Translations under genes and position numbers: made by a program
Notes under the pieces: generated by a model
The model's database searches: none
What the model saw: only the letters and a program-made list of their open reading frames with translations
Told to the model about the DNA's origin: nothing
Origin: Eledone cirrhosa
Taxonomy: Eukaryota
Reading direction: 5' to 3'
Assembly (NCBI GenBank): GCA_964016885.1
Contig: CAXHJY010000292.1
Span: forward strand, 26,410-90,409
DNA length: 64,000 nucleotides
Shown: positions 28,302 to 43,573 of the stretch, one piece after another
Position numbering within the stretch: position 1 is the first letter of the stretch
Layout of the letters: every line of letters starts with the position of its first letter

Positions 28302-29172
28302 CATGTTACTGAACGAAGACAAATTCGAACTGATCCACTTTGGAAAAGAGGATGCTCTGAAACTCCCATACTCCCTTCCCTCCGGGGAAACTCTCGTGGC
28401 ATCTAACAACATCAGAGACTTGGGAGTAACCGTGGACAGCAACATAAGCTGGACCACGCATATAAGCAGCAAAGTTGACATGGCCCGCAGAATGTGTTCC
28501 TGGATCCTCAGAACCTTCCAGTCGAGAGATTCCCGCACCATTATCCTTCTCTTCTCTACTTTCGCCCGACCACACCTTGAATACTGTTGTCCACTGTGGT
28601 CTCCCCACACGAAACAAAGTATCATGAAACTTGAAGCTCCTCAAAGGGCAATCACGAAAAAGATAGATGGCATGTCAGACCTTGACTACTGGGGTCGATT
28701 AGAAAACCTGAAACTTTACTCACTCCAACGTCGCCGTGAGCGTTATATTATCTGCATGATGTGGAAAATGTTCCATCATCACTGCCCAAATGATGTTGGC
28801 ATCGCCTTCAAGATACACCCAAGGCTTGGACCCCGTGCTATCCGTCCCATTCAAAAATCTAAATCGCAACTCATAACAACAATACGGCACAATTATTTCC
28901 CCTCAATCGGCCCTGCTCTCCTCAACATCACACCAGGACACGTCAAAACAGAAACTGACCACACAAAATTCAAGAAGTCTTTGGACAAATTCCTCCAAGT
29001 AATCCCGGACAAACCACCCACACCCGGATATGTCTCCGCAAACAGTAATTCTCTTCTCGAATGGGCCATGGTGCCCAAATCCTGAATTGAAAGACTTCGC
29101 CAGGTGGTGCTATTAAGTTAGACATGGCCTGGGCCAATACTGGCCAAAACATTTCAAAGTTATTCAAAGTTA
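28301..29172 (+). mobile_element. 5'-truncated CR1-type LINE
   Basis: Near-identical to 54002-54872; [23 protein letters not shown]; TTCAAAGTTA repeat tail. Confidence 0.9.
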
Positions 29173-29671
29173 CATACATATATATATATACATATACATA
29201 TATATATATACATATACATATATATATATATACATATATACATATACATATATACATATACATACATATATATATATACATATACATACATATATATATA
29301 TACATACATATATATATATACATACATATATATATATACATACATATATATATATACATACATATATATATATACATACATATATATATATACATACATA
29401 TATATATATACATACATATATATATATACATACATATATATATATACATATACATACATATATATACATATACATACATATATATACATATACATACATA
29501 TATATACATATACATACATATATATACATATACATACATATATATACATATACATACATATATATACATATACATACATATATATACATATACATACATA
29601 TATATACATATACATACATATACATACATATACATACATACATACATATACATATACATACATATACATAC

Positions 29672-29724
<53 letters not shown>

Positions 29725-29730
29725 ATATAT
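29173..29730. repeat. (TACA)n/(TA)n array
   Basis: Directly visible. Confidence 0.95.
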
Positions 29731-29759
29731 GCATGCACTTATGTTTATATGGTATGTGT

Positions 29760-30490
29760 ATCCTCATCATCTTCATTTTATGTCTATTTTTCCATGCTTG
29801 CATGATTTGGACAAGTCTTTTCCAATATAAGTTCCCTCCATTCGTAGCAGTCTTTCATCATCTCCTCTTTGAACTTCAGTAATTTGAGACCAAGCAAGAC
29901 AAACACTGCATATGTCTTCCTTGGTCCCCCTCTACTGCAGCTTCATTCCACTAGGAATTCTCGTCACTTCTTCACTCAACGATCATCATCCATATGCATC
30001 ATGTATCCATACTTGTGCACTACATCTGATTTCTCTCCAACCTTTACATATCCTCTGCATCCACTATCTATGTGTCACTACCATGCTACTTTGCACATCA
30101 CACACAGGCATCATATAGCTGATCTTTCATTTGTAGAGTGAAACCTGTTGTTGTCAACAAAGATAGTAACTTCCTGAACTTTTTCTATCTTGTTCTTATT
30201 CTAACTACTGTGTTCTCAGAACACCATCTTTCACTGCTAATTAGACAGCCTCGGTAGCAGAAGCTACCAACCAAGTCTAGGGGCCCCTCTTGGGATTGAA
30301 AAAGTTTATTACACTGATGCTCTGATTACCAACTATACCCTCTGTATCTATTACATTTAAAGTCTACCTTTTCTAATAGTCTGCCTGCTATCTCATTAGA
30401 CCTCTTGTATACCCAAGATTTGCATTATGTAAATCATATAGAGTTTCTACCTATGCTTTATCATGCATGGGATCACGGCCCTGTCTTCTT
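29760..30490 (-). pseudogene. Highly decayed RTE 3' fragment
   Basis: Remnants resembling SFCY..GCSE..RTR..KF and PRKT plus a decayed tail. Confidence 0.5.
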
Positions 30491-30539
30491 TCCTACTTGC
30501 TAAAACTTGTGCTTTCCCCATGTTTACTCAAAGCTATAC

Positions 30540-32130
30540 AGACGGGGAATTTCAAGAATGGCCTGGAAAAATGTATGTGAAATAAACATTAAGTCGTTGA
30601 TGGTGAAGAAACGAAATGGGGAAATTATCAAATCCTCAAGCAGACATTTAAAAGAATGGAAACAGTATTTTTCAAATCTCCTAAATGCCCAACCAATTAT
30701 ATCAACTTGAGAAGTTTTCCCACAGAACACCTTCTCAAGGGGGATTTCACTGAGGCTGAAAGCCCTGAATAATTACAAAGCCTTTGTGTATGATTAAGAC
30801 ATGATTGCTGAAAAGGTTATCAAACATGGTGACAGTGCTATATAATCTTGACTCCTAAGACTCATCAGCATGATCAAAACCAACTAAAACCACTAACTGA
30901 CTGAGACAAAACATCATAGTACCTCTTCTTAAGAAAGGTGACCACACAAAAATGAAAATTTACAAGAGGATCCCTCTAATGAGCATATAAATCAAACTGT
31001 ACAAAGTGCTTTTAGATTAAATTAGATGTGAACTAGATAAGAAGCACAGTAAATCATGTTGGTTTCCTGTCAGGCAGAGGATGGATTGAGTATATTCAAA
31101 CCCTGTGCAGGATATTAAAAGCTGTGATGCAAATAACCTTCCTTTATTATCTCTTTTTGAGGATTTTAAGAAGGCTTTTGATTCCATAGATCACAATGTT
31201 GTCTTCAGGATCATGAAATTAAGCCTAACCAAAGTCATCAAAATCCTATATGAAAACACTACATCATCAATCATTGTTTATGCTGAGCTATTGGAGGAAT
31301 TTGAAGTTACAATTGGCATTCTCCAAGGGGATGTATTGGTACCGTATCTTTTCATTGTTGTGATTTACTGGGTGATGAGACATGCCAATATTAATGATCT
31401 TGGTTTTATCTCACATAAGTGTCAATCCAAAAGATATCCTGGGAAAAGGGTTGATGACCTTGAATATGCAGATGATCGGCCTGTTGGAGAAGGAATTTGA
31501 AAGCAGTCAAAAAGCAACTTCATTCACTGACCTCTACAGCTAAAGAAGTAGGTTTTAATTATCATTGATATGGTGACAAATTTTGACCACATTAATATAA
31601 CCTTAGATGGAACAACACTTAAGAGTGTTGATGATTTCTAGTATCTAGGGTCATTCGTCAATGATACCATGAAGGATTTCAAGTTTAGAAGGTCAATAGC
31701 TTGGACAACCTTTTGAAAACTGAAAAAATATCAGTCGAGTGCAAGTATCCCACTAAAAATCAATTTTTTAAAAGTGTCAGTCCTTCCTATTCCTCTATGC
31801 AACTGAGTAATACACTATCACAAAAAAGCTAGAAAAGAAAATTAACACTTTTCAAACTCAGTGTCTACGAATCATACTTAATATCAGCAGAACAGACCAT
31901 GTCAGCAATCAATATGTATAAAAGCCTACTAGTTAATACAGTGATTTATTGACAGTTATAAATCATTGGACATTCTATTAGAAGAAGCAAGGAAATTTGA
32001 TTCAGCAATATTGTCTGTATGTCTCATAGCATGGATAAGGAAGCAGATATAGACAGAAATCAAGCTATGTTATGTGCCTTAGTCCTGACATCCAACTCCT
32101 AGACAGAGTGGCATAGAGATATGTTGCTGA
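30540..32130 (+). pseudogene. Decayed RTE-type LINE RT
   Basis: KKGD, FEDFKKAFDSI, GILQGDVL.PYLF, EYADD, YLGS with many stops and frameshifts. Confidence 0.75.
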
Positions 32131-32479
32131 GGCAACCACTTGTTTCTTCATACTAGGATGAGACAGTACTGCTTGAGAGATTAATTCTAAGTAGCGTTTC
32201 CAAAGTTAGAGTTTTTTCTCTAGTTCTATACATTCAACCAAGTTACCAGCATACAGAATACCACATGGAAAGCCAGTCTTAAACTACTCTGTTAAGGCCT
32301 GGAGAACTATAATAAACAGAGTGTACCTTATATTTATATTCAATGTATGTATATATAGGGTTGGTGCCATGATAAAATGCACACAGTAGAATGCAGGATT
32401 GTATTTCAGGCCAACAGCCCACCAAGAGATTAGTAACTCTGTTTGAGTACTGACCAATCTGGAATGACATATTCAACCC

Positions 32480-32860
32480 TTGCTAACTGAGAAAACCAAT
32501 GCTAAATGATGGTGTTGATTGAGAAAAGGCTTTTGAAGCATACCTCGATCTATTATCCGGTGGTCCTTAAGAAAATTAGGTATAGAAGAATGGCTTGTGA
32601 GAGCAGTGCAAGCCATGTTCAGAAGAGCTGTTAATAAAATGAAAGTAAGAAGTGGATTTAGTGAGGAATTCAAGGTACAGGTAGGAGTTCATCTGGGTTT
32701 GGTTCCCAACCCACTTCCATTCTCAAGCCATAACAGAGGAGTTTAAGACTGGCTGCTCATGGAAACTTTTCTATGTGGATATGTTCTTATGAATCCATAA
32801 AAGAACTAGAGAATAAGTTCTGATTCTGGAAACAGAATTTACAATCAAAATGGCTGAGAG
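32480..32860 (+). pseudogene. Decayed RTE RT fragment (family A-like)
   Basis: EKAF..PR..IRWSLRKLGIEEWLVRAVQAM..EEFKVQVGVH. Confidence 0.7.
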
Positions 32861-35800
32861 TAAATTTAGAAAAACCTCAAGTGTTGGTAAGCTGGAAAAA
32901 AAAGACATTGCAATCGTGGAAAAATAGGTGTAAAAATAACAATAATAATGATGATGATGATCTATATACATTATATATTTCATCATCTTCAAACATCGCT
33001 TTTCTGTGCTAGCAAGGGTTGAATTGTCACAAACCAAGTCAATAATTAATCAGTGACACTAACCTATCAGATGGTCTGGGGACCCATATCTTGCTTACAT
33101 AAGTCCCTGCACTCTATAGAGTGCATTGGGGGCATTCTATCATGGCACCAACACAAGAGAGGCTGCCATGTTTTTAATACAACTGATGGGTTCTCCCGAG
33201 CCCATATTTTGCAAATTTTCAATAGCTGCCCTTCCTATTACTAAACACCTTACCAAGTGTACTGGGTGCATATTTGTGGCACCAACAGTAGCACCTTACA
33301 GTTACTATATATATAGTAATTGGTAATATCCCAGTAGTGAGCACACTCCATTCCAGCTCATTTGCAAGTTGGCTGGCTTAGAACTATACCAACTCTGTAC
33401 TTAAACATACATTGAATACTACTCTGTTCTGTGATATTTCTGGCCTCCATATTATGAACAATTCATATATGATGATGATGATATAAGAAAATAATTGAAC
33501 AACGTAATGTTTTCTCCACTTACTATACATGTAACAACTCTAAAAGATTCACATAAAACATAAATTAGCTGACAGAGCAGCTGGAAATTATTACATTGCT
33601 ACATATACTAGCTAACATATAGCATGTATGAACATGCTAAATTAAGTTGATAATGACTAATAACTATACATATTAAGTATAGAACATAAATTCAAAACTG
33701 CTATATTACCCTTTATAATGTTATAGTGATAATTGAGATAATCATGAATATTAAGAATTTACATAAGATTTGTAGCAGTGTGGTTAATGAATTCACTTTA
33801 CAACCACATGATTTGGGGTTTACTTTCATTGTGTGTTGCCATGGACTGGTGTCTTCTACTATAACCTTGGCTTTCCCAATGCTGTGTGAGTGAAATTTGA
33901 TAAATGAAAACCACTGAAACTATGCTCCCATTCATTTTTCCATTGCTGATACTATTTGCTGGCTGTAATTCCTAGAAGAAAGGAGAATTTGAATTCAGAA
34001 CACACTGAACCAAATCAGGTACTGTGAAGCATTCTGTATGACTAACAATTCTGCCAATCCATTGTCCATGGACTGGTACTTTATCATTCCAAAATGGATG
34101 AAAAGCAAATTTGACTGTGGCAGGATTTGAAAGCAAAGCACAGAGAGAATGAATAGATACCAATTCTCAAATACATGTGTATGTGTGTGCCCTTGTCTGT
34201 ATTTTTAAATCTGTGCCTGCGTCTCTGTCCTATAACATAGTTGACAAAAAGAGTTTTATAAAATACATATCAGATTTTAAAATACAAGGGTTTGATATAT
34301 TTAACTAAATACTTTTAAGGTGGTGCCACAGCATGGCTGCAGTCTAATGACTAAAACCAGTAAAAGAATTAAAGAATGTTGGTGCAGGCATGGCTGTCTA
34401 ATTAAAAAGTCTGCTTTGCAAATACATGGTTTAGAGTTTCACAATCTTTAGTAGCTTGGGCTGCATGTGAGTGAAATATATTAGATGGAAACTTTACAGA
34501 GACCATGTGATAGATTGTGTAAGTTCTTAGGTAGTATACTATTACTTGATTTAACACCATAAACTAGCTCTAAGGTGCATTTACCAGACAGAGTCTAATC
34601 TGCTACAAGCACATGGACATGGTTCTGAGGATAATTAAATATCCAGATATGCTGCAACAGACCATGTGTTGTGGTTTCATCTTCTCTTTCTACTCCTCAC
34701 CAGTCTCAAAGGCCCTGAAACAAGGTCAAAGGGATACCATTTTCTTCTCTAAGCCATACCAGATGGGTTAAATAATTAACTAAAATAATTACAATGTGTT
34801 ACAGTCATGACAGACATATACTCCTCCCCCTCCTACACACACAGATCCTCTATTATGTTCATGATTGGAGAGGCCATGAAAAGAGATGGCAGAAGATGCT
34901 TAGCTACAACCTCCTCATGCCTAATCAGATACTAAGATTCTCTTATAAATGGAAGCCAGAAGTAGGAGGCAAAGCAAATCTGCCAAGATCTGGTTAAGGT
35001 TTGTGAAGGAGGACTTGATAGACATAAGTCTGGCCTGGGAGCACACCTGTGACAAAGCTTGCAACTATGTTAGGAGCAAGAGGAACTATCTTCGATTTGG
35101 TTTAATATTATAAGAGTATTCCTTACCATACTTATTTTATGTCACTTTTTCCATGATGGTATGGATTGGATGGGTTGTCATGATCAGCTTCACTTCTTAG
35201 AGTTACTGCCCTTGTAATTGAGTTGGAGGAACACAACTAATATATTTTGATATGGTTTCTATTGTTGGGTGCTCTTCCTAAATACAAGGTTGGAGTGAGG
35301 GGCTAGTTGATTAAATTGACCACCATCCCACAGTACTTGATTTGTATTTTATTTTATTGAAGGCTGAAAGGTAAAGTTGACTTTAGTTTGATTTGAACTG
35401 AGAATATAGTTAGCTATAAATAAAAATCTATATTATAATAGACATTATTACTATTCATTCATATGGGTATTCTGAGTTGAGATGAAGCATATTTGTTGTT
35501 AGATACAGTTAGCCTAAAACTTACAGAGCTCTGACCAGTCAGTTGACTTGAGATGCAGGCACTGCATTTTATGTGGATATGTGGTGGGTAGTGGCAGTAA
35601 GTCAGTCAGTGATCAGGTGACCCATTAGATGAAGAGATGGTAATGGTGTATTAGATGTTGGCTTTGGAGGTGAGACAGATATCTTGGGTGTTTGTGTAGT
35701 CCTTATTTTGATCAGAAAGCTATGTAAGCATGTATGACATTAATTGATGGAGGGAATTAAAGGATTGCAAAAGAATCAGATTCTACAGCAATGGCATTAG

Positions 35801-36929
35801 AATCAAATAAATGCAACAATGAAGGAATGCTGTGAACATTGAATTCCTTGAGGACAATGAATCATCAATGTCATCATCATTATCACCTCCATTACCATCA
35901 TTACCACCTCCATTACAATCACTACCCCTACAAACATCATTATCCTTATCATCAATGAAGCAGTAACATGTTTTCTGGAAGCAGTTTGCTACCCTAAGTT
36001 TGTAAATTTCATGCAAATAAGCGACATAAAGCAGAGATCCCAAACAACAACAACAACTCCATCATCAACCTTCAACACCACCATCGATGCTACCATCACC
36101 ATATATTTAAGGATTCTTCACTTTTTTACATTTTACACTAACTTTTTACTATGATAGTTGGATTCAAATATGGTAATTAATGCAACATGTTTCTGTTTTA
36201 TCATCACGTTGACAGCATGGAGAGAAAACATGGTTTTGTTTACAACGATTACTTCCTCATTCCTAAATAGTCAATGCGACATTTTACATAATTTTATCAC
36301 ATTACCACGGCCATCCTCGTGACCCTGCACCATCCTCACTGATATACAAGTATCTCAGAATGCTAAAAAATAATGATATATTTCTTAAGCATTACCATAT
36401 AGTAAATTAAACATGAGGAAAATGTCCGTAAGAAGAACATAAAAAACATTTAGTAAATCACAATTGCATCATTATTAATAAGAGATGCCTAACAATGTAC
36501 TAAAATGTTTGGAATAGTTGAATAATTCCTTTAGGTATAATTACCAAATAATCTAAAGTAAAAATATATATAGGTACTCCTATAACAACATGGAATAACA
36601 AATGAAGATCAGAAATCAGAAAGTCTAATTGTCACTGACCAGAATAATTAACAGCACATAATTAGACATTAACAAAAATGATTGTATTTAAATATGCAAA
36701 TAAACATGATTGTGATCATCATCATCAGCAGCATCAGTAATTTAACATAGTATTTTTTGGCTATGAATTGCTGAAGTCTTCTGTAAAATTCTCCATACAT
36801 GTACAGACTACGTCATTTCATTTTTGAGAATAGCAGTTCTCATACCCAACCCTGCTACTTCCTATGAAATACTTCTTTGTCTTTTTAAAGTTGTACTTGT
36901 TTGGCAAGTGACTTGATTTGAGAGCATGT

Positions 36930-37450
36930 GGTGAAAGTAAAGCAATCGCATCATGGAAGATTCAGTTTAGCCATTCAAAAAACAAAAAGGAAATACTGTT
37001 ATATTCTCTTTTCATTTATTTAATTTATTTCATGACATTTGTGGAAGAATGTGAAAGATGTGCAAAAGCAGGAGAAAATGAATCAAGGATATTCCATTAG
37101 ATGTATAATGTTAGTGTGCTTCAACAACAAAGCACAAATGAGTTGAAGGAAAAACTAGACATAAGAAGAATCAAATATTATATGAAGAAGAGAAGATTAC
37201 ATTGAAACAGACATGTAACACATGGGGATGATAATCGTTGGGTGAAGAAGTTCTAGAAGTTCTAAATAGAAGCAGGTTGTGGAAGAGGAAAACCAAGAAA
37301 AATTAGGCAAGGGCAGTAAAAGCTGATCTCAATAAACTGAACCTTCAAAAGGAAATGACAAAGAGATGAGAAAGAACCAAGTAGTGAGAGGATTACTGAG
37401 TAAGACTCACTTAACTTATGAATACATAGAAAATAGATGTAAAAATGATG
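36930..37450 (+). pseudogene. Decayed RTE 3' fragment
   Basis: Remnants of ENESRIFH*MYN..ELKEKLDIRRIK..RRL. Confidence 0.5.
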
Positions 37451-37951
37451 AAGACAATGATAATAGTGATAATAGTAACGGTTTTTGTGTTTTTGAATGG
37501 CTAAAATGACTTTCCACAATGTAATTGCTTCAGTTTCAGCACAATTTCAAATCAAGTTGCTTGCCAAACAAGTACAACTCTGAAATGACAAAGAATTATT
37601 TCCTAAGAAGTAAGTTAGGTGAGATCTGAGAAACATAATTTCTTTGTCTATCATCTACTTCTAACTCAAATAACCTCTGCCATCAATCTTGTAGTACTTT
37701 CATTTACACTCTCAACATGTCTCCACTGTTCTCAATAGATCTCCAGCCACTATAGTTACATTGTCTACATACATCAGCTAATGTCTTTCATATCAAACAG
37801 ACCTTGTATTATCAATGTAACAAAGCTTTAATGATAAAATATTTACATCAAATGATTACAAAGAATGTGATAAGTGTGAACAATTAAATATGATCTAAAT
37901 AGTGAAATAAGACATTTCTCTGAGTTTTTTTCTTTTCTTTTACAATTTCAG

Positions 37952-38074
37952 GAAAGAGCAGTGTCCATGATCATTCACAGTCTCCAAGATCTAGTGAGAG
38001 AGGGGGAGTAAAGAAAGCACCCTCAAACCAGAGATCTGGCTTGAATACTTGCAACGGAGTGGACACTGCTAAAG
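37952..38074 (+). CDS. Candidate internal exon of an unidentified host gene (123 bp, phase 1-1)
   Basis: Strong polypyrimidine tract + TTTCAG acceptor; open frame KSSVHDHSQSPRSSERGGVKKAPSNQRSGLNTCNGVDTAK; AAG/GTAC donor. Confidence 0.45.
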
Positions 38075-41000
38075 GTACTCAAGGATAAGGTGGTAGTGTC
38101 AAACTGGACGATGGATTGTGTCTTCTATCTATGCAGGACACAGCTAAATTTCAATTCAGGACATAAAGACCTAGAACAAATATGGTAATGTAACTCATCT
38201 GACACTAACAATTCTGCCAATCTATCATGCTGGATTAGCACCTTTATTTAATTGATTTCAAAAAGATGGGAAGTAAAATTAACTTTAGGTATGAACTTGT
38301 AGTGCAGAGGGCCAGAACAAATACTTTAAAGCATTTTGTCAAATATATTATAGCTCTGCTAATTTGCCAATTCTTTGATATATTGCTATTATCAATGAAG
38401 ACAGTGCTTATCTTTAACTACTGTAGGTCTAAATGGATGAGAGAAAAATATCTCCCTGGATAACACAGTGGTCTTTTGAAGAGGATCTCCATTTTGCTCA
38501 AATATAGCCAAGTGTTTGACTGTATGCTTATGTTGTTACTCCTTAGTCAGTCCCAATCTAGCATATCTATGTTTAAAAATGTCTCTACCATTATCATCCA
38601 GTATTATTTATTACACATAGTATATCTAACTAATGGATTGAATGTGGTATGAGAAATTTGAGTGTTTCTAGAGATTGCTTTGTTGGTTCATCATATGTTT
38701 AGATGGGTGTTGTTGTTTAACCCAGGTCTACTAGATCACTAAATACACATAAATCATGCATACATATCAAACACATACTCAAACACAGACATCGTCTCAT
38801 AAATACATACATAAGTACACACCTACACAGAATTGTATTTGATGTGTTAAAACAAAAGAAAACAGATTGTGTATCATAACAGCAGAAAATATTTTGATTT
38901 ATCGATTAAAACATTATTATTATAGATTTATAATAACTGATGAATGTTTAAATATTTAAATGTTCAATAGTGTGTTGCATAGTTTTAAGTTTGATAGTTA
39001 AAAAAGAAAATAATAAAAAGGTAGCCATAGAAATTTAATTTTATAAATTAATTAATATATTAATTCTATAAATTTCAGGCTAACGCTATAAGAAAATGCG
39101 TCTTTCATAATTGTTATTTAATAATTCTATATTAAATTTCTCTCTGCAGAAATGATCAGAAATTATATATTCACTTTGGATATAAGAAAATGGCTGTTAG
39201 CTAAAGATGCCAGTGGTTGTTGTTCTTGTTGATTTTACTGAATGAAAATCTGGTAAAATTTTATTATTGTGTGATAAAGATAACAAGATCTCACTGAGAG
39301 CTGAGTTATTGAGATAACTACTACATATACTAAAACTTCAAGCATGAAAAACCACATCTGACTTATCTACCAAACCTTGCTCTGGGTTTGAAATTTACAG
39401 TAGTTACTAACTCACATACATACAGAGAAAAAAAGTAAATCTATGAGTGAACTGGTCTTGTCATTATCCATTTTATATAAATATGTAAACAAATATATGT
39501 TGAGGATGTTTCACAGGGAAACAGAAATAACTTCCATGGGTGAAGCATATGCAGAGTTTTTTTTATTGGTCGGCTGTAATCCTAATGCCCATTAGATGCT
39601 ACATATATTATCAGTCAATTAAGAATGGTGATTTAATAGCACCAGTTAATCTATTTGTTTCAGACATAAAAAAAACATATTTCTATGATATCTATGGTTC
39701 CACAACTTTACTAGACTGTACAGGCAATGATTGTGGTTATTTTAGCTAAATGAGTTTTTTTTATACTTAAACACATCCACAAGCAATGATAAAAACACTA
39801 TTTATGGAAAACATCCCCCATAAGATTTATGTATGGGTTAAAGGCTGAAGTAAAAATATAAACACAAAGGGTGTGTGTGTGTGTGTATATACATACACAC
39901 ACACCTATACATACAAACTTTGCTTTTCATTCTTTCTAGATTGATAAAAAGAAGTATGAGTTCTAGGTAGTGTATTGGCAGAATAGCTGGAAAAAAATGT
40001 CTTGTAATATTTGTTCTGGCACTTTATATTCTGTATGCTATTAATTAAACGAACAGGAAGTTATATTGACTCTTGTCTTTTCCAAGGACAACATTGGTGA
40101 CATGAAGAATAGAGACATGCAGTATGAGTAACTGCTGATCTTCCTTAATTTTGTTTCTTTTTAAATTGCACATCTCTGCATCTTGGAAAGGAATTTTCTA
40201 GGTGCCAACACATGGTCAATCATGAGAGTAAGAGAGATGTTTTTCCAATAACACTGAAATATTTATATTGATATACTGTATACACTTAAATATAAGCCGA
40301 GGAACAAGTGACCCCCCCAAAAAATCAATGGTAAAATGTGAGAGTGACTTATATACACCATCTAAACAATCTGTTAAGATATCAAGAATGCAGGAAGTTG
40401 AAAAACATACAGAGTGAGCAAGCCTATGATCAAAAGTATAACAGCCATGGTCATTCCATGTTTTTAGGGCTATCATTCACGCATAGCTACATTATATAAT
40501 GTGTTTTTGCTAGTTTAAGTGTGGAGGTTTGATTTGAGGGGAATTTTACTGTTATTTCTAGCTGGTCATGTTACCAAATAGAGGCTTGCTTGTTGGTGAG
40601 ATCAACAAGGCTAGTATTCAATTTGAAATGTTGTATGCTGATGTAATGATAGCTTAGGACTATGGTTGCGAGGAAAAAGGATTGGTGCAAATGTTTAGTT
40701 GGATAAAATGGTAGACTTAGCAAGTTGAGTGAGACACTAGGATTGGGAAGAGAAAGGACACAGTTTGCTAGTTCAGAGGAGCAAAAGCTGTTAATTGTTG
40801 AAGAGACAGTGAGGTGAAAACTTTACTGCAACAAACAACAATGAATGCTACAATTTAGTTTTTGAAGGGAGAACATGTGTGAAAGGGGAAACACTCCATG
40901 GCTGAATTTTTAAAGGAGAAAACAACTGGATAAGGTATTTAGTGTTGTTGGTGTTTAGTCCCAGTCATCCGTGATTGTGTAAACATATGCAAATGCATTG

Positions 41001-41229
41001 CAGCTGTGACCATCACGTCTTTTATTCTGTGTTTCTAAGACTACATTATATCACGTAACCTTCCTGTTTTAAGAGAATAGAGTGGGGTTTAAATGGGATC
41101 TCTAGCAGTAGTTTCCAGTAAGCTATGTGACTATATGGTAGCTCTCATTGGATTGTCTTTCATGCAGCAGAACTCAATGCTTTGCTACAACTTTAGTATA
41201 GAAACACTGTGATGTGCTACATTTAATCG

Positions 41230-41835
41230 TTTTTAATTTAGGTACAAGGCCAGCAATTTAGTGGGATGGGGAAAGTTAAATATACATAGACCTCAGTATT
41301 TGGCTGATACAAATTTTATTGACCCTGAAAAACTGGAAGGCAAAATTGACTTTGGCAGGATCTGAACTCAGAACATAATTATTTTGATTCTCTAATAATT
41401 CCACCAAACCATCACCCTATGATATGCTTTATATAATTATTAAAGATGTTTAGAGATAATAATTGTTTCTACTTTTGGCACAAGGCCAGCAATCATCCCA
41501 GTGCATTACAAGTACTTTATTTTATCGACCCCGTAAGGATGAAAGGCAAAGTTAACCTCGGTGAGATTTGAACTCAGATTGTAAAGGCCTGTAACTCCAT
41601 GCTGCAAACCATGGCGTCCGACCCTCTAACGATACTGCCACTCCAGAGATAATAATTGTTTCTACTTTTGGTACAAGGCCAGCAATTATCCCAGTACATT
41701 ACTGGTACTTTATTTTATCAACCCCGTAAGGATGAAAGGCAAAGTTAACCTCAGCGGGAATTGAACTCAGATCGTAAAGGGACGTAACTATGCTGGAAAG
41801 CATATCCGACCCTCTACCGACACTGCCAATTCACC
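41230..41835 (-). mobile_element. Cluster of three tRNA-derived SINE copies (two tandem at ~41453-41645 and ~41646-41835)
   Basis: Minus strand GAGTTCAAAT B-box followed by TTTGCCTTTCATCC..GGGGTCGATAAAATAAAGTAC; more decayed relatives near 34050-34130, 35290-35400 and 38230-38300. Confidence 0.7.
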
Positions 41836-42105
41836 AATGAAGTGTAAAAAGTGTGATAAGTCATCAACTTAGTGTAAAGAACAAGAAAAAAGTGACTGAG
41901 AAAATATACAATCTGAAATGGTTAAATACATTATTCTAATCCATTACTAGAACAGACAGTTGTTTTTTGTATATGGTGCAGGTGTTCTAGATTTGATACT
42001 AGTTGATTCAGACTTTAATGAATAGCAAATGTCTTAGAAAGTGGGAGAAACAATACTCCACTACTGTCAATGTTTCTTGTTGCTGCAACTAACCTTTCAT
42101 TACAG

Positions 42106-42200
42106 ATGATGATAAAACACGATCACTGACTCAGCTAGATATTAAAAACTTGGATAGTGAGAAATCTACAGATGTTTCTTCAATAACCAAACTTAGATAA
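42106..42200 (+). CDS. Candidate terminal coding exon of the same host gene
   Basis: ACTAAC branch point + CTTTCATTACAG acceptor; phase 1; (D)DDKTRSLTQLDIKNLDSEKSTDVSSITKLR*. Confidence 0.35.
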
Positions 42201-43491
42201 TTAGAGTGAGTAGAATTATTTGTTGTGACTATCATAGAGCAAAGGAAAGAATTGTAAACAGAGCTATAATTATTGCATTTCTGAGTGAGAAATAATTATT
42301 TAGGAGTACCTTTAATTTATATAAACCTAATCCAGTGCTTCTGAAACTTATTTTATTGTGAAACCTTTCTATGATTTTTCAAATATTGTGAACCCATATC
42401 TATATTTTATAGACAATATACACCTCCATAATTTTTATAAGACAAACCTTTTCTTATATTTCTGAGGAATGTCACTACCTATTGTTTCCCAAACATTTTG
42501 AAAATAATCAAGAATTTTGAAGGATTTAGTAATATCAGTAATTTTCTCCTTATTAAATTGTTGGATGGAACATAATTTAAAGATTCTGACATAAAATTAT
42601 CATGGAAGATTTTAGAAAAATCATTTCCTATCATACAGCCTGGAGCAGTCTCATGCAGTTTGCTATCTAATATGTTAAACGAAACAAGAATTTATTCATA
42701 AAAAAAAAAGAATTAAATTGCACTAAAAAGCAGCCTATCTCAGGGAATCCCAGAATAATTTCAAGGAAGCCATTTTAGAAAACACTGGCTGAATCTAAAG
42801 AATATGAGTTTAAAATGTTAACAGATGGTTCTGTTTTTGAAACCAATATTATAGAGGTGTAAATAATAGTTAGCACCAATTATAGCCTCCAATGGTTGTT
42901 AAAAATTTTAGGATTTGGGAGAGTATTAAATCTGCTGATACCAACTTTCCTGATTCTCTGACAGAAAGCAAAAGCTTTTCTATGCTGTACACCCAAGTTT
43001 ATCTGTGTGGTTAAGAAGTTAAATTCATATTCATGCTCTTTCAGGTTTTATCCTACTGGGAAGAAGCATATCTTAATGTATTCTACTATCAACTTGAACA
43101 TTGCCTTGGGAGTGAATTTAATAGATGGAAAATATGTGTTAACATGTCATATATGTTTGTATGTGTGAGAGTGTGTATGTGTTTGTGTATATGTGTGTGC
43201 ACATGTAAGTAGGTTTATCTTCAGTTTCTTTGCATTGTAGTTTTTACCACATTTGTTTGTCCTGCACCTCAGTGACTGAAGGTGTGAAGATCAGTAACCT
43301 TACATACAAACAAGTAAGGATTGATGCGAGGAGGGCTGTTGTGGCCTGATGGAGTCCATCCTCTTAGATTGAGTATAGTCAGTTGGTTTTAATTTTAATA
43401 TTATTTAATAAGGTAATTGTATTTTGTAAGAAGTGTTTTGCATAGTTGAGATTTGTTGCATTTTATTAGGTATGGTTGTATTAGAAAAGAT

Positions 43492-43512
43492 TACATACAT
43501 ATATATACACAT

Positions 43513-43573
<61 letters not shown>

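Noticed and set aside
35860-36100. CAT/CAC/CAA-rich tract with a small D/G/N-rich ORF
   Set aside because: Decayed trinucleotide microsatellite
39150-39232. Additional exon after TCTCTGCAG
   Set aside because: Short frame ending in a stop with no further support; could be chance
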